DNA of 63,841 bases, filler included, from Octopus bimaculoides (GCF_001194135.2; 4 parts of 4 records of this genome joined end to end with filler, not necessarily neighbours in it), one strand, 5' to 3'; counted from the first letter of the whole stretch, positions 11,200 to 23,740 are shown. Notes: generated by a model from the sequence alone, not told the origin. Numbers and translations are program-made.

Positions 11200-12110
11200 A
11201 GGCTTTTTATGAAAAGTAACGACAGATATATACAATTAGATGAACTGAAGTAGGAATAAAAGTAATAAAAGTCATTATTGTGAATGGTTAAAGAGATTCA
11301 AAGGCACACCGGTTTCGTAAATTACTGTTCACTGGCTTTGAATGCGCACCGATTACCGAACGGTGTCGGGTCTCCTAGTCCCTGAGTAAAAAGAGTATGT
11401 GTAAAGGAGGTAAGTAGTTCTGCATTTGGTGCAATTAGGGTAGATATAATACTGTAATGTGAATGGTGTATGGGATATATGGGGGTTAGTGGTATTAATT
11501 GAAAGGTTAGTAGTGTTCTGTATTATGTTATGTGTTCATATTGNNNNNNNNNNGAAAGGTTAGTAGTGTTCTGTATTATGTTATGTGTTCATATTGAGTT
11601 GTGGAAGATATTTATTGATGAAAGTTGCCTCTTTATCCATTCTTTGCCGTAATGAAGTGTTCTGTGAACATTGATAGAAAGGGAAAACTAGGATTAAAGT
11701 TCCTAGCACACCTTTCTATGTGTTCACTGACCTGTATCTGTCTGTATTGTGGGTGGCGGATTTGTTCTTTGTGGAGAGTGGTTCTTCAACGGAGTGATAT
11801 TCCTGTTTGGCCAATATAATGATTACCGCACCCTAAGCAGGTAATGGCATATATTAGGTTTTCCGGGGCACAGGTGAAATTTGATTTAATTTTAAATATT
11901 TCACCTTGTTTAAAGTGGAACTCTGAACACTTCAAAAGGTGGGGGCATGTGCCACAATTAGGTCGACAACATTTTTTCACTTTTGGCTCCGTTGTTAATG
12001 GATATAGTCTTGCGCTGGTTAATATTTTTTTCAATGATTTCGGTTGCATTTTGCTTTTGATAATTTTGTGTGAGCCTAAAATTTTGTTCATTGTTTTATC
12101 TTCTGTGACG
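11200..12110 (-). mobile_element. Penelope-like element 3' fragment (GIY-YIG endonuclease)
   Basis: CCRPNCGTC...FTCAPENLIYAITCLGCGNHYIGQTG, then EHIERC...KEATFINKYLPQLN. Hammerhead relic near 11297-11342. Confidence 0.85.
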
Positions 12111-12788
12111 ATATATATATATATATATATATATATAGATATATNNNNNNNNNNNNNNNNNNNNNNNNNNNNNNNNNNNNNNNNNNNNTTAATTAATTAA
12201 NNNNNNNNNNNNNNNNNNNNNNNNNNNNNNNNNNNNNNNNNNNNATCAAAATCTAGACTAGAGATAACAAGACCACCAGCTAAATCCGTTGTTCTCAGTA
12301 ATATATCTATCCTTCTAGATAGCTATAAAAACAGGAGACCCCAAGCCAAACGGTCAGTAGTCACTTGGGGACACAATGCAAAGTAACTAGTGACAACTCA
12401 ATTAGTTAGGGAACGGTCATCAACAGATATAGTCACAAGTAGGCAGCCACCTAAAGACAAAACGACCTAAGGGAGAAAGAAGTTTACAACCAGCCAACTA
12501 TGAGACCCAACATCTCTCGACTCTATAACTATCACTAACTCGCATCCTTTTCTCGGTAACATTACCCTATCTTTATCTATATATACTACTATGAGAAAGT
12601 GTACATACATATACAAGCCAAAATCAACTTTCTTTTCCTTGCATGTTTTACGCAAAACTGTTATACTATTACACTAACCTACCCCTCGTGGTATGGCATT
12701 TATTAGAGTAACGGTAAATAAATATTTCTATAAAAATTTCGATCACTCTTCATCTTATAACCTGTTACTATTGGTAAATAATACTTAT

Positions 12789-12918
12789 CGTTACAACTGG
12801 TGACACATCGACTACACAACACAAAAACATTAATCGTTACAATTGGTAATCTCCGACTTTAACATTTCGATACCGTTACAATTGGTGACCTTCCGACTCT
12901 AACATCAAAACCGTTACA
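12789..12918 (+). repeat. Tandem ~40-bp units resembling an LTR end plus tRNA-Trp primer-binding site
   Basis: cgttaca at 12789, 12835, 12874 and 12912. The first three are followed by tggtgac/tggtaat...cgac. Confidence 0.5.
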
Positions 12919-12939
12919 TATATATATATAAAATTATGT

Positions 12940-13002
12940 GTATTTGCCATTAAATGTAGCTGACTCCTATAGGACGATGTTACATTTAGGTGGCAAATAT
13001 AC
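12940..13002. repeat. Small inverted repeat (hairpin or mini-MITE)
   Basis: gtatttgccattaaatgtagc ... gttacatttaggtggcaaatatac with central palindrome tcctatagga. Confidence 0.7.
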
Positions 13003-13017
13003 TTCACGATGTCGTGA

Positions 13018-13198
13018 GTAATTTTTCAGATTAGCACCCGCACGATCTTCACTAGGGTGTTAGAGCTAGGGTTTTAGGGTCAGGGTTAGGGTTTTAGGGT
13101 TAGGGTTAGTGTTTAGGGTTACGGTTACGGTTAGGGGCGGAATTCCCTAACCCGAACCCTAAAACCCTAACCGTAACCCTAAACCCTAACCCTAACCA
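13018..13198. repeat. Truncated telomere-like palindromic cassette (TTAGGG-like arm, GGAATTCC, CCCTAA-like arm)
   Basis: Direct read. Left arm is homologous to 14239-14380. Confidence 0.85.
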
Positions 13199-13249
13199 CT
13201 GGGCTATTGCGCCTCCATACAGTTGGATATACCCCGAGAGATAATCAAA

Positions 13250-14140
13250 GCATCACCTCATTGGTTGGATAACTTCCTTCTGTGATATGAGCTCTCTCCA
13301 AGAAGATCGACAACACTGTTCGAACTGGAGGATGTTGAAGTGATTCAACGTGCACTTGCATTCAAGTCCTTCGTTGATGGCATCGGCTTTTCTAAATACA
13401 AACTCTCTAATATAATTGCTATGGATGAAACTGCAGTGTTTATGGGCCAAGGATCTAAAGGGACAATTGAACTAACAGGCCTACGAAAGTGTAAATGTTA
13501 CTTGTATTTTAGTAATTCGTTTTGATGGAACAAAAGTCCCACCGCTTATCATCACACTGGGCAAAAAAGAGAAAATAGAATGAGTTTCAGGCATTTATGT
13601 TTTTGAAACGGAAAAAGCTTGGTGCAGACAAGCTGTTATAAGAAAATGGGCTGATTTAACTATGCCGCTTGTTCTCAAAGTGGTCTTTTAGTCTGGGTTT
13701 TCGGTCAGTACTCATCGCGCAAACGATATGAAAACCTTCCTTTCTGAAAGAAGAACTGACCACACCGTGGGAATGACTTCATATCTACAAACATTAGATC
13801 TTGTAATAAACAAGCCCTTCAAGGATTATTTGCGGATAGAAGTGAATGAGTATATCGAACATAGAATGGAGAGAAATCAGCGTGGAAACTTTGTCAAACC
13901 CAACCTCCAGGATGTCGTGAATTGGAGTCAAAATACCGACAGTTGCATTGCCAATGCACTACGATAAGAGTACTTGGACAAAAGGTGTTCATTTAAGGAA
14001 TGTTATATTGCCAAACATGAGAGATTGGGGTCCATGATTCTACAGGAAATGGATTTGCAAGAAACTCAGTCTGAAGTTCGAGGTTTGATGATTTATGACG
14101 ATGTTCTAGAAGAAAACGAAATGTTTGTACTTGACTAAAA
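13250..14140 (+). pseudogene. pogo/Tigger-like DDE transposase remnant
   Basis: IIAMDETAV, DGTKVPPLII and GMTSYLQTLDLVINKPFKDYLR motifs, broken by stops and frameshifts. Confidence 0.85.
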
Positions 14141-14213
14141 ACAATAAGCAAATCTTTTTACAATTTTTTGCTTTTTACGCGAAGACGTGAGACTTTTTTG
14201 ATAATTTTTCAAG

Positions 14214-14572
14214 AAATCCAAGAAAGACAAAAAAAGTGGTAATTTTTCAGATTAACACGCGCCCGATCTTCACTAAGGTGTTAGGGTTATGGGTTTAGGG
14301 TCAGGGTTAGGATTTTAAGGTCAAGGTTAGGGTTACGGTTACGGTTGCGGTTTAGGGTTTTAGGGTTTGGGGTTTGGGAATTCCGTCCCAAACTGTAACC
14401 CTAACCCTAACCCTAAACACTAACCCTAAACACTAACCCTAACCCTAACCCTACAACTAACCCTAAAACCCTAACCCTGACCCTGACCCTAAAACCCTAA
14501 CCCTAACACCCTAGTGAAGAACGTGCGGGTGTTAATCTGAAAAATTACCACTTTTTTTGTCTTTCTTGGATT
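14214..14572. repeat. ~360-bp palindrome with inverted degenerate TTAGGG arrays centred on GGAATTCC (14377-14384)
   Basis: aaatccaagaaagacaaaaaaagtggtaatttttcagattaacac... is mirrored by ...gtgttaatctgaaaattaccactttttttgtctttcttggattt. Confidence 0.92.
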
Positions 14573-14704
14573 TTGCCGCAAAAATATCAGACATACCCCG
14601 AAAATAAGCCCTGTTGCTTTGTTTTGGGATGCAAAAGGTAGGTAGTTAGGTAGTTAGGTAGGTAGGTAGGTATGTAGGTAGGTAGGTAGGCAGGTAGGTA
14701 TGCA

Positions 14705-14900
14705 TTTGGTGGTTTGGAGTCACTCGTTTGGTGCCAACGACGTATACATAACAACACAAAACTGGCTCTATGCAAATCGTTTGTCTTACCATCCCTGTTG
14801 TATTCCTCTGAAACATGGACCAGTTACGAAAGACATCTCAAATTGTTAGAACGGTTCCACCAAAAATGCCTTTGCCGCATTTTAAACATTAAATGGGACC
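14705..14900 (+). mobile_element. RTE-like LINE reverse transcriptase C-terminal fragment
   Basis: TKLALCKSFVLPSLLYSSETWTSYERHLKLLERFHQKCLCRILNIKW. Confidence 0.85.
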
Positions 14901-14968
14901 TATGTATATATATGTATGTATGTATGTATGTGTACCATTCTCATTTCCACTCATTTTTTTCCGGTTAA

Positions 14969-15298
14969 AGCGTAGGAGTGGCTATGTGGTAAGTAGCTTG
15001 CTTGCCAACCACATGGTTCCGGGTTCAGTCCCACTGCGTGGCACCTTGGGCAAGTGTCTTCTATTATAGCCTTGGGCCGACCAAAGCCTTGTGAGTGGAT
15101 TTGGTAGACGGAAACTGAAAGAAGCCTGTCGTATATATGTTTACATATATATGTATGTGTGTGTGTTTATGTGTCTGTGTTTGTCCCCCCCCCCCATCAT
15201 CGCTTGACAACCGATGCTGGTGTGTTTACGTCCCCGTAACTTAGTGGTTCGGCTAAAGCGACCGATAGAATAAGTACTAGGCTTACAAAGAATAAGTC
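14969..15298 (+). mobile_element. SINE family A (CORE/OR2-like)
   Basis: tRNA-like head (gtggtaagtagc, ggttcagtccc), CORE-like gcaccttgggcaagtgtc, internal microsatellite. Confidence 0.88.
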
Positions 15299-15519
15299 NN
15301 NNNNNNNNAGAATTTTTTTCTGAGGGTTGGGATGAGAATTTTCGAAAATTCGGACAGGTTGGTTTTGTTTCCTCATAACTTCCACAGAAATGGGGGATTT
15401 TTAATGAAGTTTTCTATAAATATCTATCAGATTGTTTAGATTACGATTATATAAGCATTTAACAGAAGGGTAAAAACCAAAAAGAAATATTGATGGCCGC
15501 GCACACATACATACTGAAG

Positions 15520-15882
15520 TGGAGAAGCAATGGCCCAGTGGTTAGGGCAGAGGACTCGCGGTCATAGGATAGCGGTTTCGTTTCCCAGACCGGGTGTTGT
15601 GAGTGTTTATTGAGCGAAAACACCTAAAGCCCCAAGAGGCTCCGGCAAGGGATGGTGGAGAACCCTTCTGTACTCTTTCACCACAACTTTCTCTCGCACT
15701 CTTTCTTCCTGTTTCTGTTGTATCTGTTTTTCAAAGGGTCAGCCTTGTCACACTGTGTCACGCTGAATATCCCCGAGAACTACGTTAAGGGTACACGTGT
15801 CTGTGGGGTGCTCAGCCACTTGCACGTTAATTTCACGAGCAGGCTGTTCGGTTGATCGGATCAACTGGAATCCTCGACGTCG
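15520..15882 (+). mobile_element. SINE family B
   Basis: gcaatggcccagtggttagggcag head through gatcggatcaactggaatcctcgacgtcg. Confidence 0.88.
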
Positions 15883-15883
15883 T

Positions 15884-16636
15884 GGTAAGAAACTTGCTTC
15901 CCAACCATGTGGTACCGGGTTCAGTTTCACTGCGTGACATCTTGGGAAAATGTCTTTTACTATAGCCTATTGTCGATCAAAGCCTTGTGAGTGGATTTGG
16001 TAGACGGAAACTGAAAGAAGCCCGTCGTATATNNNNNNNNNNNNNNNNNNNNNNNNNNNNNNNNNNNNNNNNNNNNNNNNNNNNNNNNNNNNNNNNNNNN
16101 NNNNNNNNNNNNNNNNNNNNNNNNNNNNNNNNNNNNNNNNNNNNNNNNNNNNNNNNNNNNNNNNNNNNNNNNNNNNNNNNNNNNNNNNNNNNNNNNNNNN
16201 NNNNNNNNNNNNNNNNNNNNNNNNNNNNNNNNNNNNNNNNNNNNNNNNNNNNNNNNNNNNNNNNNNNNNNNNNNNNNNNNNNNNNNNNNNNNNNNNNNNN
16301 NNNNNNNNNNNNNNNNNNNNNNNNNNNNNNNNNNNNNNNNNNNNNNNNNNNNNNNNNNNNNNNNNNNNNNNNNNNNNNNNNNNNNNNNNNNNNNNNNNNN
16401 NNNNNNNNNNNNNNNNNNNNNNNNNNNNNNNNNNNNNNNNNNNNNNNNNNNNNNNNNNNNNNNNNNNNNNNNNNNNNNNNNNNNNNNNNNNNNNNNNNNN
16501 NNNNNNNNNNNNNNNNNNNNNNNNNNNNNNNNNNNNNNNNNNNNNNNNNNNAAGTACTGGAGCCGATTCATCCGACTAAAAGTTCAAAGCGGTGCCCCAG
16601 CATGGCCGCAGTCTAACGACTGAAGCAGGTAAAAGA

Positions 16637-16640
<4 letters not shown>
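15884..16640 (+). mobile_element. SINE family A spanning an assembly gap
   Basis: Head at 15884-16032, tail at 16551-16640. Confidence 0.75.
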
Positions 16641-16677
<37 letters not shown>

Positions 16678-16717
16678 TTTCTGGTTTCAGCCAAAGGCTA
16701 GGACCATGCGTTAAGGC

Positions 16718-17425
16718 TGTAGTCCTCAACTGGGGTCCCTATAAGATTTTGGGGGTTCTACGCAAGTCAAATCGTAAATTTGGGACCCCAGTCGTATTTT
16801 AAAGGTCCGTGATATTTTGCTTCTGACGTATTTATTGTAGGAAACGAATTTGTGTATCTAACATTAAGTTAATGTGTGAAAAGCAAAATAAAAATTTTGA
16901 AAGAATTGTGTATAAAACTAGCATTACCCAGGACCGGATTAAGACCCACCGAGGCCCTAAGCATTTAAAAGATTTTGGTGCCCCCATGAAAGATTATGTA
17001 ATTCAAAATAATAAACAATAACAAACCATAAAACAAATTTTTATTTTTCAAAACGAAACGAAACAGTAAGAGGGAAAATAATGTCTATCTTTATCTTCTT
17101 CTACTTTATTTCGATTTGAAAAGTTTCTGCCAACTTTTTTGAATGGCAAAGTCTTTGATTAGATCCTCAAAATTAATCTAAGGTAACACATCTGCATTTA
17201 TACTTAGTAGAGATAAGGGCATCCCGAATATTATTCTACCAAGTTTAAAGTGATATCTTTTGTGCCGTAAACCATTTACCATTTCTGTGGTGGCCCCTCC
17301 TTCCTTTGATGCCCTAAGCTCGTGCTTACTTTGCTTAATGTAACCAAACGGGTCTGAGGGTCCACTCGAGTAAAATGGTAATCAAAGGAGTCCATAGTTA
17401 ATATTGGTTGAAAACCGCTGTGTAG
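16718..17425. mobile_element. hAT-like MITE with a second hAT-like MITE nested at about 16930-17356
   Basis: Outer ends gtagtcctcaactgggg / ggttgaaaaccgctg. Inner ends caggaccggattaag / aaacgggtctg, both degenerate. Confidence 0.55.
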
Positions 17426-17899
17426 GGGGCGTCCTTTCTGTACTGCTTTTGGTGAAGTAGCGATTTACAAAGGACTGCTTGTCTTTGAGCCCCCAGCTGC
17501 GATGTGGGTTCATCTGAGATTTCAGACGACCCCCACATACACACGTCGCGAATCTCTGAGGCTGTTTGACTAGTTGTGTTAACAGTTGCGGACCCCTGAA
17601 ACCTAAGCTGTTACAATACTTGGTCCGGCATTGTTTTGCTCATATCCCTGTAACTTAGTCGTTCGGCAAAAGGATACTGAAGAATAAGAACTAGGCTCAC
17701 AGAAAAGAGGAACTGGAATCGATCTCTTCAACTAAAAACGCCCTTGATGGTGGTGCCCCAGCATGACCGCGGCCCAATGAATCACTGATTGAATCATTTA
17801 ATGATTACATCCTCAATTTTTCACACATCTATCCGTCTATCTATCTATCTATCTATCTGTCTATCTATCTATCTGTCTATCTATCTATCTATCTATCTA

Positions 17900-18022
17900 T
17901 AGGCGCAAGCGTGGCTGCGAAGCTTACTTTACAGCCACATGGTCCCGGGTTCAGTCCCACTGCGTGGCACCTCAGGTAAGTGTCTTGTACTCTAACCTCG
18001 GGCCGACAAAATCCTTGCTAGA
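17900..18022 (+). mobile_element. SINE family A, 5' part
   Basis: taggcgcaagcgtggctg...ggttcagtcccactgcgtggcacc. Confidence 0.78.
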
Positions 18023-18029
18023 TGGATTC

Positions 18030-18560
18030 TCTTCGTCTCGTAAAATTGGAGCACGGAATCTCTTCGTCTCGTTCGCATGGGAAATACTCAAGAACCCAGA
18101 CCCCTACATCAACGGGACAAAACAGTGGAAGTTATGCATTGCCGAACGCTCGGAGATCCTTAAAGACTCGCTCGTGCCAGGAGGCATCCCGAACTCTAGG
18201 ATAGAGAATTTCAGACCATGCTTGCATTTTAGTAAATTCCTGCTAGCTTTTTGGAATCCGCATGGCGGCACCACAACCGGAAACCAATAAGGCAAGGCGG
18301 AAGGGAGACAAGCGTTTAGCATCGCGGTGCTTTGGTGACCGCAAGATGGCACGCGGTCGGAGATCGATGGACAATGGCAGAAGTAGATAACTACCTAGGG
18401 TTTTACTTTTAAAAAAGAGGCTTTCTCCCTTCCATATTTTAAAGAGGTCTCAGACTAGCAGTGCTTGGGGTCTGAAGATACGCCGTAAGGCTAAACCCCT
18501 TATGAGCGAGAAACCCGAGGTAACCCCATAAACCGGCCTATCCCACTATAATATTAACTG
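18030..18560 (-). mobile_element. RTE-like LINE 5' fragment (UTR plus decayed start of endonuclease)
   Basis: GC-rich block. Minus frame RNLLKCKHGLKFSI resembles the segment preceding the AP-endonuclease TWN motif. Confidence 0.5.
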
Positions 18561-18889
18561 GCCTACATCTTACAGTGTGCTTATCCTCCGTATTTCTCTA
18601 TTTCTACAAATGATCCTTATATATATATATATATATATAATATTAGGGACAAAATCCAAAATTACAGGTAAAAAACTCAATTAAAATCAATTTATAAAAA
18701 ATTAAAATTAAATTGAGCCTTATAGATAAAGTATATATAAAATATATATAGTTTTAGGGAAAATAACCAATTTTCAAGAACTCATCGATNNNNNNNNNNN
18801 NNNNNNNNNNNNNNNNNNNNNNNNNNNNNNNNNTTAATTAATTAANNNNNNNNNNNNNNNNNNNNNNNNNNNNNNNNNNNNNNNNNNNN

Positions 18890-18928
<39 letters not shown>

Positions 18929-19324
18929 GAAAGAGAGAGAGAGAGAGAAAGAGTGAGTGAGTGAGTGAGAGAGAGTGGCGAGACAGAAGGAGGGAGAGCA
19001 AGTAGCATGGTATGTAACAAGGTAGTCTATACTAAGCTATGATGAAGACAGATAACCACCAGTCTATGAATCTTAATGCCACCCCGCCCCACTTAGCAAC
19101 TCATTGCCTGTCATGAAGCCTAGCCTGAGCACTCATCCTTCAACTCGCGTGTTAACTGTCTCTGTATCTCGCTTTTACTGTTTAGTTAGTAGCAACAGAA
19201 GTAATATTAGTATCGAAAATCAATTGGAATATCCTACTTAACGTGAATACTGTGGGGGCGCCATATTACTGCAATATTCGTCCCGAGAAAGCACCTCAGA
19301 TAGACGCGCATTTTATCCTTTATC

Positions 19325-19662
19325 GTTTACTTGTCTCAGTCATTTGACTGCGGCCATGCTGGGGTACCATCTTGAAATGTTTCAGTCGAACAAATTGACT
19401 CCAGGACTTAGTTTTTAAAAGCCTAGTACTTATTCTTTTGCCGAACTGCTAAGTTACGAGGACGCAAACCCACTAACACCGGTTGTCAAGTGGTGGGGGG
19501 GGACAAACAGACACAAAGACACACGCACAGATATCTACACACACAAGCACACACAGAGATGTATGTATGTATAAATACGACGGGCTTCTTTCAATTTTCA
19601 TCTACAAAATTCATTCACGAACCATATGGTTAGGTAGCAAGCATCTTATCACACAGCCACGC
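19325..19662 (-). mobile_element. SINE family A with internal deletion
   Basis: Reverse tail, core and head. Part of the CORE region is missing near 19620. Confidence 0.8.
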
Positions 19663-21316
19663 CTGCGACTATAGTAATAAAAATCACAGAAGTATCACTA
19701 GCAGACGAAAAATATCCAGCACCGGTAGTGGAACTGCTATATCACGTTATTTCTGCCTATTTGTGCTTCATCAGCAGTAGGTATCAACTATCACTGCATG
19801 CAAGCAAAACTTTACCTCAACTGATAGTTAGAAAAATAGTGATTAATCAGACACTGGTATCGCAAATAGCTAGTAGGTTGTGTAAAAATAAGTTAACGAT
19901 GAAAATAGTATTAGTACCAAGTGGCAATTTGTATATCTACGCAACGTGTATAAACTGTAACAATTCTATACTTCTGCCTTATTCGTCATGAAAAAGCATC
20001 TTGCATGTCTGCTACCGATATTTCTATGCCTTATAGCACTATACATCTGTACGTTTTGTTTTCTCAAGGTGAATACCACAGTATTGTGGCGTTCTCACAG
20101 TACATCCACGTTAAGTAGGATATTCAAATTACTATTCACTTTTACTCATTTCTCCCGTCTCTCTCTGAACGATATGTAAAATATGGTTGATGAAATCACC
20201 TAACCAATTAACCAGCCAAACGACATTTATATCGGCTCTTATGAAATAGAGGAACACAAATATATATACATACATACTTTGTTTCTTGTTGAACTATTTA
20301 TTGTCAAATCTAAACTCTCGTCTAGGTTAATTATTTACATCGCAACCAAAACTAAATTGTATTCTATAACTATAAAATCGAAGGCCTCATAATATATAAA
20401 TTTGTTTCTTTATAATAATTTCGAATAATATAAAATTGCAATCTAAATCAGAAGGAAATAAATTTTATATTTATATGAAGGAAAAAAAATATGTGATTGT
20501 AACTGACAAAATCGCTGACGTGTATATTACAACAAATAATAAAAAAATGGCAGTATTTTGTTTCATCGTTGGACCCCCTTTTATCAACTAATATGTATAT
20601 TTTTGTGTGAATGTGTGATTGTGTGCGGGTAGACACAGAACACACTACTGCGTAGTATGTTTTGTGTCTGCGTCTGCTAGTGTCTATACGTGTGCTAGTG
20701 TCTATACGTCTGTGTATGTTGTGTAAACAGTGAAAGTTGTATACAGTTGTACGATCAAAAGGAAATGCCGAATTGAAAACCAGCTACAAAGAAAGGGAGA
20801 GAAAGAGAGAATAAAACAGAGTAAGAGGGAGAGAGGCAGATATACAAACAGTGAGGGACAGACAGATAAACAAACACGAGAGAAAAGAAAAAGAGACAGA
20901 GTGAACGAGAGCGAGAGAACGAAGGAGAGACAGGGGGAGAGGTAGAAAGCGAGAGATCGAGAGAGAGTGAGAGAAAGGGGGAGTAAGAGATAGAAACAAG
21001 GATTGAAAGAGTAGACGCTAACGAATGAATTATTAAAATATGCTGTATTTGCTTATTTTCCCACTTGACAACAGGTAACCAATAAACAAACTTAATTTCA
21101 CTAAAACTAAACATGAATGTAGGTGAAATGGTGTTTACGAATTTTAGAATTATTTTACAACATTCATACATACCTGCATATACACACAAGTAAATGCTAC
21201 ATACATATATATACACACAAATATAATCATACACACGTTTGTACCTGTAATGAATATGACTCTACCTATCTATTTGTATATCTATCTATGTATTTATTTA
21301 TCTATCTATCTATCTA

Positions 21317-21360
<44 letters not shown>

Positions 21361-21879
21361 GGTGGGTCTGTCTATCAATCTCTCTATGAATGTGTGTATG
21401 TCTATGGTTTTGTGTGCACCTTTTATGTGCGTGCGTCTCTCTCTATACACACACACACACCCATATGTATGTATATATATGTAAATATATATATAAACGT
21501 GTGTTTATATATATTTGTTTCGTCATAAGCACAAGCTCTCATCGACGCTTGCCATGAAGAACTCGTACTAAGAGCCACATAAATCTTAAGTTGATTGTAA
21601 TCGAGTTTCTATAAACATTTTTATTATATTTCTCTATTGCATATTAAATTCTCTAATCTGGTGTGGTGTTATAATCGTCAAAAAGAACAAGTCAATAATT
21701 ATATATGCAAGGAATCAACTACTTTTCTCAAGTTCATTAAGAACTGATCTAGAGTCGATTTTAATCAACTTAGCCCCCTCCCAGAAATTGTTGCCCTTAT
21801 GTCAAAAGTTGAAACCAACATTAGAAACTGAGTTATTTTTTTCTTATTTTAGAAAAGAGAAACGCAAAACTTCGGCAAA

Positions 21880-22330
21880 CCGATATTCTGTTAACTTAAC
21901 AGTGAAGACTTGAAATAGAAATGCAATATTTACCGTCAGTACAAAGAGAAAAATTTGGAAAGCTAAACGAAAACCTTTAGCAAAGCTAAATTAATTCACT
22001 GACTACACTGCTTTGTGAGATATTTCCAAATGTTTGTGTTAGTTGGAGAATATTACTGGTAATTCCCACTACCGTAGCATCAACAGAGAAATCTTTTAGC
22101 AAACTCAAACACATCAAAAAACGTTTTAAGGTCTACTTGAAACCAAATTAATTGATTTAGCAAGACCCAGTATTGAATCAGTAATTGATGTCGATAATAT
22201 TATTAGATATTTTACAGATAAAATAAAAAGCCAGAAGACCTAATTTCATTAGCTGCTTAGGTTTCTCGTTGGTTTGTGTAACATATATTGCTAGCTGGTC
22301 ATTCTGGTGCATAGGAATAAATTATTTTAA
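21880..22330 (+). pseudogene. hAT transposase C-terminal dimerisation-domain remnant
   Basis: FPNVCVSWRILLVIPTTVASTEKSFSKLKHIKK matches the FPN...IPxTxAxxERSFSKLK pattern. Confidence 0.8.
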
Positions 22331-22804
22331 AATTTCACCTGTCTTTATATCTAGATAGTTTGACACAAACCATCAGGTTCATTTATACTTTCATAATCAA
22401 AGACAAGCTGTTCCTTATATATTAGTATAGCCATTTTTTCTTATCGAGAAGAAAAATTTGCATCCTCAAAAATGTCATGCTTTATAATTTCCTTTATTGT
22501 ATAGACTTAACTGAGCGTTCAGCATTGAAGCATTTAACGTCAATTTGGATTTTAAATCCTCAATTTTAAGAGGCGCCGAGGAGTCGTCGTATTCAGTCAT
22601 GTTTAGCCTCGTGATATTTCTGTCGGAAGCACTGCTCACATCTTATGTCAAATAAAATATATTTTAATCGCGTAACACAAGAGGATAGATATAAAACATG
22701 ATATCTTGTAGTGTGTAGAGATAATCAATAATATTATTGACATAGAGCACGTGATTATTTTTTGATTTTTATAAAGAGATTTCTGATGTCATTAAGAAAG
22801 ACGC

Positions 22805-23740
22805 AACTGTGTGGTCAGAAATTTGCATTGCAGCCAGATGGTTCCGGCTTCGGCCTCACTGCGTGGCACCTTGGGCAAGTGTCTTCTACTATAGCCTCGG
22901 TCGGGTTGACCAAAGTCTTGTGAGTGGATTTGGTAGACGGAAACTGAAAGAAGTCTATCGTAAGTGTATACGTGAGTGTGTGTGTGTGCATGTGTGTGCA
23001 TATATATAGTATATATATATGTATGTATGTATGTATGTTTAAATAGAGTGAGCAAGAGACAGAGAGAGAAATCTGTGTTTGACCCCTATACCGCTTGACA
23101 ACTGGTGTTGGTGTGTTTACATCCCCATAAATATCGTTTCGGCCAAAGAACCAATAGAATATATACCCGGCTTAAAAAATATACTCAATGGAAGTGGTGG
23201 AGAGATTCGTTGGGCTACAATTCTTCAAGGCGGTGCTCCAGCATAGCCGCAGTCTAATGGCTGGAGTAAGTAAAACATAAATAATAAAAGATATGTAAGA
23301 ATGAGGCAACAAAGATATTGCGTTGCCCTTTTATTACATTTAGTTCAATGGAGTGGCTGTGTGGTAAGCAGCTTGCTTACCAACCACATGGTTCTGGGTT
23401 CAGTCCCACTGCGTGACACCTTGGGCAAGTGTCTTCTACTATACCTTTGGGCCGACCAAAGCCTTGTGAGTGAATTTGGTAGACGGAAACTGAAAGAAGC
23501 CCGTTGTATATATGTATGTGCGTGTGTATATGTTTGTGTGTCTGTATTTGTTCCCCCAACATCGCTTGACAACCGATGCTGCTGTGTTTATCTCCCCGTA
23601 ACTTAGCAGTTCGGCAAAAGAGAACGATGGAATAAGTACTAGGCTTACAAAGAATAAGTCCTGGGGTCGATTTACTCGACTAAAGGCGGTGCTCCAGCAT
23701 GGCCGCAGCCAAATGACTGAAACAAGTAAAAGAGTAAAAG
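22805..23740 (+). mobile_element. Two SINE family A copies (about 22805-23285 and 23350-23740)
   Basis: Two head-to-tail matches. The second is near consensus. Confidence 0.88.

Noticed and set aside
12189-12200. TTAATTAATTAA islands inside N runs (also near 18834 and 36643)
   Set aside because: At 12145-12244 it is 44 N + 12 + 44 N = 100 nt, an all-frame stop spacer added during scaffolding. Not biological.
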